Source: Octopus sinensis
Lineage: Eukaryota
Assembly: GCF_006345805.1 (NCBI RefSeq)
Contig: NW_021832231.1
Span: forward strand, 682,001 to 746,000
Reading direction: 5' to 3'
Length of the DNA stretch: 64,000 bases
Positions 53,367-64,000 of this stretch are shown one piece after another. Made by a program: the position numbers and the translations under genes. Positions within the stretch are counted from its first letter, which is position 1, and every line of letters begins with the position of its first letter. Under the pieces are notes generated by a model that saw only the letters and a list, made by a program, of their open reading frames with translations, made no database searches and was not told the origin of the DNA.

Positions 53367-55632
53367 CAGCGCCAAGCACCCGCCTCGCTGGCGATGTCCC
53401 TGCCTTTTGTGCCCGGACCCCTGAGGAGGTCTCGATCGCCTCTTCATCTGTCCAACAACTTTTGTTTGCTTTGAAATCTTTCAGGGGGAACAGTAGTGGT
53501 GGTGTTGACGGTCTCCGTCCCATTCACTTAATGGACCTCATCTCCAATACTGCTGAGGCTGGAAACCGTCTTTCTCATCCATTGCCAAGCTTTGTAACCT
53601 ATTTCTCCGTGGGGACATATCCGAGCATGCCAGACTGCTCTTCTTCTCTGCGAACCTGTCTGCTTTGGGGAGAAAGACGGCGGCATCAGACCTATTGCCG
53701 TCGGAACGTTTTTCGTCGCTGTTTGCAAAGGTCGGATGCAGCTTGTAATTCCTTCTATTAGCGACCGAACTCCAGCCCATTCAGTTGGGTGTGGGGGTAC
53801 CTGGTGGGTGCGAGCCTCGTCCACGCTGCCCGGTGTTTCATTGAATCGGCTCGTCTCTCAGAGCGGCCCCAGTTATTATTAAAATTGGATGTGAAGAACG
53901 CTTTCAATTCGCTCAATAGAAAGCATCTTCTTGAGGTTTGCAAGGCCAGAATTCCTTCTCTGCTGCCCTTCATTTTTCTTTCTTATGGTAACCCGAGCCT
54001 CTTGGTTGCTGGCGATTCTTTCATTTCGTCTTCCTGTGGCGTACAGCAAGGCGATCCTTTGGGTCCTTTATTATTTGCCCCTCGGTGGACTTTGTCGCCC
54101 GCAGGATTGCGTCCCCTCTTAATATTTGGTATCTGGACGACTGTACTATTGGTGGTCCGCCCGACATTTTGCTAAACGACTTGCAATCTCTACTCCCGGC
54201 GTTGTCATCTATTGGTCTTGAAATCAATTCTCTAAAATCTGAAATCGTTAATCTTAACGTCGAAGACCTCACCTTCGAAGACTTTTTGCTTAGTTTCGTG
54301 GCCTCTTGCCCGATCTGAGGCAGACCTCTTATTCTGAACTTGAAATCCTGGGTGCCCCGATCCACCACCAATCGGTCTCTCGTATTCTCGATTCCAAGAG
54401 AAATGCTCTTGCTTCTCTTTGTGATAACTTGTGGACATCGATCCCCATCCCGCTTTTTTATCCTCAAAACTTTCTTTTGATTCCGAGGATCAATTATGTC
54501 CTAAGGAGTTCCTGTTGCTTTTCTGTTCCCTCTGCTTTGGAGTCTTTTGACGCTCTGGTGCGTTCTTCAGCCGAGATTATTTTTAACGTCAAGTTCGATG
54601 ATGTCGGTGGCGTCAGGCCAAACTTCCTGTTCCTTTTGGTGGGCTTGGGCTCCGCTCGGCTCTCGACATTTCTCTTCCCGCTTTCCTTTCATCGTCTTCA
54701 GGATTGTATCTTCTTGTCCATAAGATTCTTGAAAAATCGCCCGGATCTCGTTTGGACTCTGATATTAATTCTGCACTTTTTCTTTGGAAGGAAAAAGGGC
54801 TTGAGTTCCCTTCTGATAGGTCCCTCCAACGTGAATGGGATAAAATTCTAGTAAGCATCATGCGGACTCGTTGGAGGCTCTCCTGAACCAGCACGACTGG
54901 CTGTTTCACCGTGCCAGCCGCCAACCGCATTCTGCTCTTGGCTTAACTGCCTTCCTTCGACGCATTTGGACACCTGTCTTGACTCCGACGCCCTCCGTTT
55001 TGGCATTTGCCTCCCCTCGGACTTCCGATCTGTAGTCCCCACCCCTGCCGGCGGATCTACTATGGACGTATACGGGCTCCATGCCCTCTCCTGCAAGAAA
55101 AGCGCGGGTCGTATTCCACGCCATTCGGCGATTAACAGAATCATTCTCGACTCCCTCGAAAAGCCGGCTACCCTTCTGTCCTTGAGCCTAAGGGTCTCGA
55201 CCGTTGTGACGGGAAAAGGCCGGACGGCTCTACGTTGTTCTCGTTTTATTCTGGGAGACCTTTGGTCTGGGATTCCACTTGTGTGGATACCTTCTCAAAG
55301 TCTTTCATCAACGAATCGGCCTCTCTTGCTGGGTCTCGTGCTAATAAGGCTGAGCTTTCGAAGTGCCGGAAATATCAGTCTTTGATGGATGACTTTTGGT
55401 TTTGGCCAATCGTTGTCGAGACTTCCGGCGTCTTTGGCTCCGGGACCCTCACTTCCCTAAAGAAATTGGGACATCTTTGTTCTTCGCGGTCCAAGGACCC
55501 TAGGGAATTTACTTTCCTCATTCAGAGGATCCTGCTGGCTGTCATGCGTGGCAACAGCTGTTCCCTCCGTCTCGCTGGGAGAATTTATTAGTTTGTTGAC
55601 TTTACTTAGTAGTTTGACCCTAACAATAAAAC
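53367..55632 (+). mobile_element. CRE-clade retrotransposon, copy 3 (distinct subfamily), 5'-truncated with TSD
   Basis: Perfect 15-bp TSD ACAAGAAAATAAATT at 53352-53366 and 55633-55647. Motifs SSGGVDGLRP, KLDVKNAFNS, GVQQGDPLGP, WYLDD, HALSCKKSAGRIPRH, LVWDSTCVD, PIVVETSG, QRILLAVMRGN; frameshifted. Confidence 0.92.
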
Positions 55633-56065
55633 ACAAGAAAATAAATTATTTAAAGATAATTAAAATAATATTTATACCCAACTCGGTCACGTGGGATTAA
55701 TCTCAATTCTGTGCCATATTTAAGAAATATATTTCCCGCCGTTTCTTTCGGGTTTATTCCGAAGCCATCACTACTGATCACAGCGGACGTGGAGGGAGTA
55801 ACATTGAACTAGTTGGTCACATAGTGGTGTCACTTGTTTAGCAGCAAACGTGACCACGACACTAAATGGGGTCTCATCAGGCACAGACAACACACGATAT
55901 GGAAGATTTGGGTCAGATGCCAAAATTATCTTAAAATTTACTTTTCTGTGGAGTATATGAAATTAATAAAACCTGTCAGACTCAATTCTGAGAACACACA
56001 AGAAGAATTATTATAAATGTATTATTATAATAAATTAAAAGAAATTTATTATTTAATTAAATAAA

Positions 56066-56532
56066 CTATTCTCTTTTTTTCAGTAAAGGAAGCCATTTTT
56101 CGAACAAAGAACTTAAAGTCAGGACTCAGTCATACTTGGAATGGTCAATACAGCACTGGGCACCACAATATCCATCCCCCCATATCCCCACACGTGTCGG
56201 GAGCTCACAATTCATACAAATTGGCTTGGATGCCTAGGATATTTGTGTAGACAACTTCTCTGGCCATTTGGTCTGCTCTTCTCTTGTACTCCTTTTTTGC
56301 GGAAGGAGGGAGTTTGTCCCACAATGTGATTAGCATTTCCACGCAGGAATCGTCGTCTTTGTTCGACATTTTTGTGTTCATGGTTTCTTCCATGTCTCTA
56401 AAAAACAGAGCTAAAGGTTTCAGAGGTTTTTCAAGCTTTTTTGATTTTTCTAATGAACTATTATCCGGTTCATTGTTGTTATCCTATAATCCAAGTTCAA
56501 AAATACTAAACATCCACATGATCAGGATCCAT
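56066..56532 (-). CDS. TOX: Minimal TOX-family HMG-box protein, spliced
   Basis: HMG box KPLKPLALFFRD...MLITLWDKLPPSAKKEYKRR (the ALFFRD signature is TOX-like). A C-terminal Cys/His segment around 56100-56200 resembles the TOX tail EYCSNECVVKHC...FLAW. Confidence 0.68.
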
Positions 56533-56759
56533 TGAATATTTATTAAAAATATTTTATTATTCAATATTTAAATCTGGAATTGAATAAAATTGAATTTACA
56601 TTATAAAAACTTAATTAAGTAAGTATTAATTAAATAATCTTCTCCAGCTACTTCCTCTATTCGCACAGTGATTCAAATAGGCAAGCCCGACTTTTTCCTT
56701 GCTGAGGGCATGTTATAGTCACACTTCTTTGATTATAAATTTTTTATTCTTCTGTCCAG

Positions 56760-57560
56760 TTCAAGAGTCCTTTCCAATGGTTTTAGTTGTTCTTGTAAAA
56801 ACAATCATGCTCTCGAGGGTTTTCTTTATTGTAAGTGATTGTATGTATGCGTGAGTTTTCTCAGTATAGGAATTTATGAGTTACATGTCCATTCTATATT
56901 ATGAGTACTATTTTTACTCTTGTGTGATAAATTAATTTAAACTTTTGGAAAAAAGTTATATTTTCTCATTTTTTCAATCTTCACTTGCTTAAATTTTGGG
57001 GAGATGTTATCCCAACTTCAACCAAAAAAATTTGATTCCTTATTTTGTCGGAACAAACAAATCGGGTTTATTATGTCACTCTTTATAAATATATTCACTC
57101 TGATTTCAACCCGAATGTGTTTTGTGCTTTTTGTCATTCTTGAGCTCAAATTCTTGACACAAATAAAAGTGTATCCATCTCACTACTTTATCATGCCCAC
57201 TGAAATAATCCCCATGTAACATCTAATGCCACAGTAGTCGACGGTCTTCTTCCACCTCGTCCAGTAGGAACACATTAATTATGTCTGAAAAGAATAAATT
57301 TCTATTTGGCACAAGACAGAGTAAGCCTTCAAACCGTGGGGAGTGTTGCCTTTAGCTAGCAGTGACTAGAGTTTCTCACATTCAAAAAATCCTCAGTAGC
57401 ATTTTTATAAAATGGAATAAAGACATTTTGATTAACTCTTGTCCAGTGAGTAAATGTTCTGTGAACCGAACAGCAGATTTTTGTTGAGTAAAACTGATTT
57501 TTCAAGTAATATTTGTACTTCAAGTACTCTTCAATAGTGGACAGTTTTTTCCAGAACCGT
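56760..57560 (-). mobile_element. R4-like RLE retrotransposon remnant
   Basis: KGNT...EGLLCL, KTVDYCGIRC, HDKVVRWIHFYLCQEFELK, HNKPDLFV; same family as 1862-2593. Confidence 0.6.
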
Positions 57561-57753
57561 GGGTAGTAAATATTTATAAATAATATTTACAATTATGTTC
57601 TGTGGTCACATATTGTAAATTAAAAAATCATATTTGTATAACAAAGACTTATAAACCAGAAAAAATGTAAAAAATGCATCTTTATGTGTATTTTTGTTTA
57701 AAAAACTTAGTGATACTATTTGATAAAATATACCATTAATTCTCATTATTAAT

Positions 57754-58426
57754 TGTGACCGGTTCATAATGAGATACGGTTGAATACGAGCCTTAAAAGA
57801 TCGATAATTAATATACCGATTCAAAAGGCCAATTACAATAAAGGCAAACTTCCGAACTAATGATTGAACTTTAATTTTTGAAAAAATGATGTTTTATATT
57901 TGAACCATGTTTGCTTAAAATAGTAAAATTATTTACAACATTAGCAAATTATAATGTGAATTATTTTATTTTTGATATTATAAATTGCAACATTAGCAAA
58001 TTAAAAGTTTGTAACAACTTTAACTCTAATCTTAACTTAACTCTAACTCTAACTATAAATGATTTCAACGTTATTTATAAACATATTCATCATAAAAAAG
58101 ACACTAAAGAAAACAGACCCTAACCCTAATCCCTGACCCTGACGCTAACCCTGACGCTAACCCTGACGCTAACCCTGACCCTAACCCTGACCCTAACCCT
58201 GACCCTAACCCTGACCCTAACCCTGACCCTAACCCTGACCCTAACCCTGACCCTAACCCTGACCCTAACCCTGACCCTAACCCTGACGCTAACCCTGACC
58301 CTAACCCTGACCCTAATTCTAATATGATTTAACGGCATTCACGCCATTTAACGGCTCGTATAACGCCACTTTGACGGCTCGTTTAACGGCTCATATTCAA
58401 CCTGGGCTCGTATTCAACCGGTCACA
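57754..58426. mobile_element. 673-bp MITE with TGT...ACA ends, 5-bp TSD and internal telomere-like array
   Basis: Termini TGTGACCGGTT...AACCGGTCACA; TSD TTAAT at 57749-57753 and 58427-58431. Subterminal GGTTGAATA(C/T)GAGCC motif occurs once on the left and twice inverted on the right. Confidence 0.82.
58118..58316. repeat. Telomere-like array: 15 strict 12-mers CCCTGA-C(C/G)CTAA (58137-58316)
   Basis: 11 x CCCTGACCCTAA and 4 x CCCTGACGCTAA, preceded by CCCTAA x2, T and CCCTGA. Confidence 0.97.
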
Positions 58427-58510
58427 TTAATTAATATTTTAATTTTTTATACAGTATTCAAATAAAATAATCCGAGAAATAAAATAATTAATTCGTTTAA
58501 ATAAGTTATA

Positions 58511-61500
58511 ATGCCTAATTGGCAGTGCTCCGCTGAAGATTTAGCCAAATGGGAATCCACTTTCCTCCGTCTCAATTCAAATAACGGGCTTGTTTCAGGT
58601 AATCTTCAACCAATAACTACAAAATAAACAGGAAGAGTACTGGCCCCCATCTTTTCCCGTTCCAATCTGAATGAAATGGTCCTAGCCAAAATATGGTCCT
58701 TCTAATTAGTAAATTCCCTCAGGGACTTGGTGGACGAATCAAAGTGCGGAAGCCTTAACCAAAAGCAGTTTTTTTATGCCATGAAAATAATAACAAACAC
58801 CATTTCTGGGGAGAAGGTCCCTGAAAAGTTACCCGTCCAGCTCACTTATTCGCTTAATTCTCGAAATCCTTCTAAAAAGACCGAACTTAACCTCACCAAT
58901 CAACTTGAGGCTTTTTCTCTCACCGCCCCCTCCGTGAAACCAGAACCCGCCCCGCCCAAACAGCCCCCTCAGTGGCCCACAGCCTCACCCGATCCATTCC
59001 CAGAGGCCAGTCAGTCCCCTCAATGGGATCTCATTTCTCAGCCGAAATCAGTTTTTTTATTAAATAAACACAGGCTAATAAACCTGAACAATCTCAGTCT
59101 CCACTTTTGACTCAACAAAGTCTAGGAGATGCGGTAAAGTTGTGGTTTTACCTTTCAGTCCTCTCCGTGGGGTCCGCTCAGTTCAGAACAAACTGTAAGA
59201 CTTTTTTTTACTTATTTTTCAGACAGGGCCGTTCAACATTGAGCAAAATGTATAGATTCCATGTCTAATAAGCAGTTGCCTCAGTGGGGTTCAACAAAAC
59301 AACAACCACTGTCGGTTAGTTTTTATAATTAATGATTAGCCCTTCCAATGGGACCAATTGACTCAACCACAATCTGTATAATCTGTTTATACGAACATTG
59401 TTAGCGGCCTCAGTTGACTCACTGGGACCAGATGGGGCAACCACAACCAGCCCAGCCCATTTCAACTGCCTTTAAGGATACCAATTTGCCTCAGTGGAAT
59501 CAAAGGGGACAAGAAAAGACTGTAAAAATATGATTTAGGTATTATTCGTAGGAGTCCCATTCGCCTCAATGGGAACAATTTAACCAACCACAAACAGTAA
59601 TTATATTAGTAATTAATCATATTAACAGATTAGTAATCCCCCTTGGGAACAAAATGTACATTTTATATATTCAGACTCAGGATCCCTGGTCCCAGACGGC
59701 AACTCCCACTCTGCCCAACACTGATGCCTGGAACGTGGTCTCGACAACTCAAACTAGTCAAAATCCCTCATTTTTTCCTAATCCCATTTCTAATCAAATT
59801 CCTCCACAGTCAAACGACGATTTTGAACTGAGAAATTCAGAATATGAAGATTATTCTAAAGAATTCCTAAGGTTGACCAACAGTGGGGGATCTCCTCTTA
59901 ATTGTACTGTTTGGACTAGTCAATGTTTAGTAATACAACTTAACCAGTCATTGGGTCTGTCCAAAAATGTCATTTCTTCAATTTGGTATTTTAATTTCCT
60001 TATTTTGTGTCAGTTCACTAATGGGGATCCGGGAAGAGGAGTCTTTGAGTTTGGAGGAGTTTGTGGTGGCGAGGCTGTTGGCAGAGAGGGCTAGACGGGG
60101 ACAGAGTTTGCTGACAAAACTCCCAAACGTCCTACGGGCACTTCTTTCTCAGAAAACCAGCTTGGGGGATCCTGGATCAGGGAGGGTAGAGCAGTTAAAG
60201 AAGGAAATTGAACAAGTTTTGAAAGCCATAAATGCAGCCCGGCAACAATCTGAGCAAATTATTTCTCAGAAGTTTGAAATTGAGAGGGAACTTGTCATTC
60301 TTTCTAACGAGGAGAAGGTTTGTGGTAATTTTGATTGGCCAAGCGTGTCTGGGAAGAGCTGGCCAGTCAGGGATCAGTGGGGACCGACGAGGCAGAGCTA
60401 CAGCAAATATCTGATCGGATAATTTCAATTCAGAGGACTTTAAAACAGCCTCATTTCAAACGTTTTGGAAACGCAGGAAATTTCAAAATAGGGTCGGAAT
60501 GTTCTCAAAAAATGTATTTTTAATTTATATTTTTAGTCAACAAATTCCATTTGACCATTCGAGTACACTGGAAGCAGACCGGACTGTTCAGGGGGATGTT
60601 GTGTGGGGGGATATTAACTGGCTCTCTGGCACAGAATATGACGAGCCTCTAGTTTGGCCAGTCGAGCAACCCGTTGTGGAGTCTACTGCACCACAACAAC
60701 CCAGTTCTGAGGAGAGTGAGATCATGGTGGAAGCCAAAAAATCGTTCAAAGGGACAAAGCCTAATCATTTGTCCTTCTCTACTGGAAAAACGTTTCAATT
60801 AGTGGACAAAAGCAGTGAAGACTCCCCTTGGTGGGTTGGGAGGATAGATCAGCAAATCGGATGGTTTCCCAAATCCTTTGTGTCGGAGGTTCCTCAGATT
60901 TCCTTCGAATCTAAGTTTCCTCCTAATTCAGGTCAGAGGGATGCACATTTGCAGTGTTCTGTATGGCCGAATACAATTTTGTGGGGGAGGAAGACGGTGA
61001 CTTGGGTTTTCATGTGGGGGATGTAGTTCGGATTGTTTCAAAGTTGGACGATGATTGGAGTGAGGGAGAATTGGCTGGAAATATTGGCATATACCCAAAC
61101 AACTACGTCTGTGAAATGCCGGTATGGACGGTGTGGTTGACTCGCAGGTCGAAATGACAAACCAGTCGTACACAGTGACCAGTGCTCATTCCAGTAATTG
61201 TGCAAGTCACCTCAAGTTGAATTATGGTGACCGTGTTATCGCCCTTGCCCGTTCCAAGTCGTTCTGCTGGGGACATAAAGTCTCGGATTCTAATTGTGGA
61301 TGGTTTCCAGTCAGTTGTCTGAATTGTATTAACTAAATTATTACAATAATAAATTAGTAATTTCATATTTTGATTGATTAATACATTAATTATTTTCCTT
61401 CGCTTTAAAAGCTTACTAAATGTCGATTAGGTTTCTCGGTTGTCGAAAACTTTGTAAAGGGAGAAGAGCACCTCTTGACGGTTTTGAAGGAGATTGACGA

Positions 61501-62977
61501 GGTTTTTTGCTTGTTCCTTTCACAATAAGAAACTTGGGAGACTTTGCGAGCACGTGAATGATAGCGAATTAGGCATACTTTTATCAAATATGGACGACCT
61601 TTATAACCTTCATTCTTCGTTTGTGACGTATAGGGGATTAATTCACGTTTCGATAGTGAAATGCGTAATAGACTGTTCTTGGGGTCCTCCGATATTGGGG
61701 ACATTCTCCTTGACATTGTACAACCAGTTTATTGACATCCAGTTTCCTAGATTTTGCATATACAAAAAATACGTGATCGACTCAGCTGCCTGTTCCCGAC
61801 TGCTTAATTCGAGTTTGTTGGACAAAACTTTCTGTCAGCATCTCAAAGTGATTTTTTCCTTAATTTTAGAAAGCTACTAAAATGGATGTCAAACAATTTG
61901 AAATTCTCCTGCTTAAGCCAATCCAGAGATTGTGTCGGTATCCTCTGTGCATTGATGAGGTTGTGGTGTCCCTATACTTTGAGATTGTCAAAATTCTTGG
62001 CAATACTACCAGCTTTACAGAGGCAAGGACGACTATTAATTCGATAAATGTCAAAGTTAACCAAGTTCTTAGCAATTCAAACAATACTTTTAAACTTGAT
62101 TGGCTCGGAAAACGAATCACAGTGCCCAGCCACGTCAAAAGAGAGGAATTTAAAATTACGTCGTTGACTAATTTCATGGGCCCTCGTGTGCTCGTTCACT
62201 ACTCAGTCTTTAAATATAAGCATAACAAAATGATGGCATTTCTCCTTTTTAATGACATGGTCATTCTTGCTACTTTTGCAGGAAAGGCTTCTGACATGTT
62301 TAATGTCAACCATGAGGGACTCCTCACTTTGAAAGTTCCGGTTTTCCACTGTTTCTAATGTTTATTTAAAGGCAGTTCTTCTGCCAAAATTCCGATGTTA
62401 TATTCACAATTTGAATGACTTATTTATCGCTGATTTGTCAGGAAAACAAATTATGCTTCAACCTGTCAATCCTGATGAAGGGTCCTTTCCTTGTGTCTAA
62501 TTTTAGTGTCATATGTGTAGAGAAATACTCTCAAGCATTATCTAACTATATTTCTTTCAGTACCCCACATTGTTCAGTCTCCTCCAATTTAGTCTTAATC
62601 ATTTCACTAAATATAATTCAATTTGTAACTATGCCAGTTTCCAAGGAAGATGGAATGTATCACTGCTCTCTCACTGTTAATGGACTCACTCGTAATGCCA
62701 TTCATGGCTCGTTGGTGGACAAGATTATTGTGTGGGCTGATAGTCCGTTTGAGTTTGTAATTCAGGCAGAAGAGTGTCCCGAAATAGAATTAGTTCTTTC
62801 TCACCCTCGTTCATTTCGTCCAAACCGTTTTAAATGTCCAAATATTTTATAGGCGCCATTGCTCATACCAAAATTAAATGGGACTTGCCACAAAAAGGCT
62901 ACATCCACGATTTTTTAACATTTGAGGGGCATCAAGTTTTTGTAGACTTGGATTTGTCGTTTGGAGAGGTCATTTAA
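58511..62977 (+). CDS. ITSN: Intersectin-like endocytic scaffold, long form (EH-EH-coiled coil-SH3s-DH-PH-C2), multi-exon
   Basis: EH1 LAKIW/DLVD...LNQKQFFYAMKII; EH2 near 59830-60080; coiled coil; SH3s (AKKSF...WWVGRIDQQIGWFPKSFV; YNFVGEEDGDLGF...WSEGE...GIYPNNYV; LARSK...GWFP); DH LLLKPIQRLCRYPL; PH MMAFLLFNDMVIL; C2-like C-terminus. Confidence 0.88.
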
Positions 62978-64000
62978 AGGAAATTATTAACTAATGCAAC
63001 TTTGTATTTAAATAAATTATAATTCTGTGTCAATTTTTGTTTATTTGAAAAATAGTTGTCAATCATTAAATTATTGACCATGGCTAATTACTTTGTCAGG
63101 GCAATAACTCTGTGAATAGAATGGTCATCACATTTAGGAACAGTCTTTTGTCTAGTCTTCACGATCTAACAATACTTGGCTATGATTGAGTTGATCCAAG
63201 TCGCAATACTTTAAGTCGATCGCAATACTTTATCCAAGTAGAGTGTTCCTATCACTTGTTAGCATCCCCATCCAGGACTGCACGTCTATTTATGTTCCTG
63301 ATAACGTCGTGCTTGAATACACTGATTGGGGGAAAGACATAATTTAAAGCCGAAAGCAAGTTTCTCGACAAGCTAGCGGTTTTTAAAGAAAGAGGCCAAG
63401 AACTAGACATATACAATAAGTTTTACTCTGCATCATTTTAAAAACATTGTGGTATGGGACGTGATTATTTTGACGTGGATTATTATTTTGTGGCGAATTA
63501 TTACTAATATTGTTCTCAACTAAGATAAAATTAGTGTCCCGAAAATTGTTTTAATTAGAATAAATTTGTAAGATCGATTGTTTATTAAATAGTTTTTTAT
63601 TGCTATATTAACAATAGATAAGTTTTGTCGTTACTTAGGTTTGCCCTAATTGTTGTTGAAATAAATCTTTTACTTTCAATAATAGACAACGAACACAAGA
63701 AATCTTTATTTTATGTCATAATAGATATAGTTATGTGCATGCTTAATAGTTGCGAGTTTCATTTTCTAATTTTCAGTTTTTTTATTCAATTGATAATGAT
63801 GAAGGAGATTCAAAATTAGACTACAAATCAATTACTCTGTACTATTGAACTAAATTGAAAATTTTTCCGTGTTATAATCCCTGTCCAAGTAGAGTGTATT
63901 CCTAGTTATTATTCAGCAATTACTTGTGCACAGAATTGAAGCGATGACTTAATTTTCTGATTTGGCTTACTTGAATTTGCCGGATTTATGTCAAAATTTT

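Noticed and set aside
55680-56016. GC-richer segment between CRE copy 3 and TOX that might be a small gene or structured RNA
   Set aside because: I found no convincing spliced ORF, family motif or fold by eye.
58118-58316. True chromosome end or simple fusion scar
   Set aside because: The array is internal, single-orientation and enclosed by TIRs and a TSD, with no head-to-head repeat inversion.
58126-58338. 71-aa poly-(RV) ORF on the minus strand
   Set aside because: It is a translation of the 12-bp telomere-like array, with no evidence of coding function.
63235-63905. Short repeat TCCAAGTAGAGTGT at about 63235 and about 63884
   Set aside because: Only about 14-20 bp with no flanking structure; it may be chance or a decayed repeat.

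Overview
AT-rich eukaryotic nuclear DNA from a highly compacted animal genome; it is not prokaryotic and has no CRISPR, rRNA or tRNA that I can see. The host genes are metazoan-type: ZNF598, PNP, PFDN2, HP1, ISY1, MED23, glycogen phosphorylase, ERLEC1, PCBD, SAP30BP, DNM1L/Drp1, a minimal TOX and a long-form intersectin. They are split by many ultra-short GT-AG introns, mostly 23-32 nt. This suggests a reduced parasite such as a dicyemid or myxozoan, which is inference and not confirmed. Roughly half the window is transposon-derived. It holds six CRE-clade RLE retrotransposon copies or fragments (two with an N-terminal PHD finger), R4-like RLE fragments, RTE LINE remnants, two Tc1 elements and three hAT/Buster elements with intact TIRs and TSDs. 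It also holds a Tigger/pogo element at the centre of a five-element nest, three Ginger/KRBA2-like integrase remnants and a complete non-autonomous Helitron carrying a ~93-bp satellite. Two MITEs have TGT...ACA ends and 5-bp TSDs; one carries a strict 12-bp telomere-variant array 84 bp upstream of the intersectin ATG. The most notable gene-level signals are a PNP with natural N243D+H257V substitutions, a glycogen phosphorylase with a remodelled KRIHEYK active-site motif, and an array of eight phase-0 micro-exons in intersectin. Exon and intron boundaries were read by eye, and some element edges are approximate.
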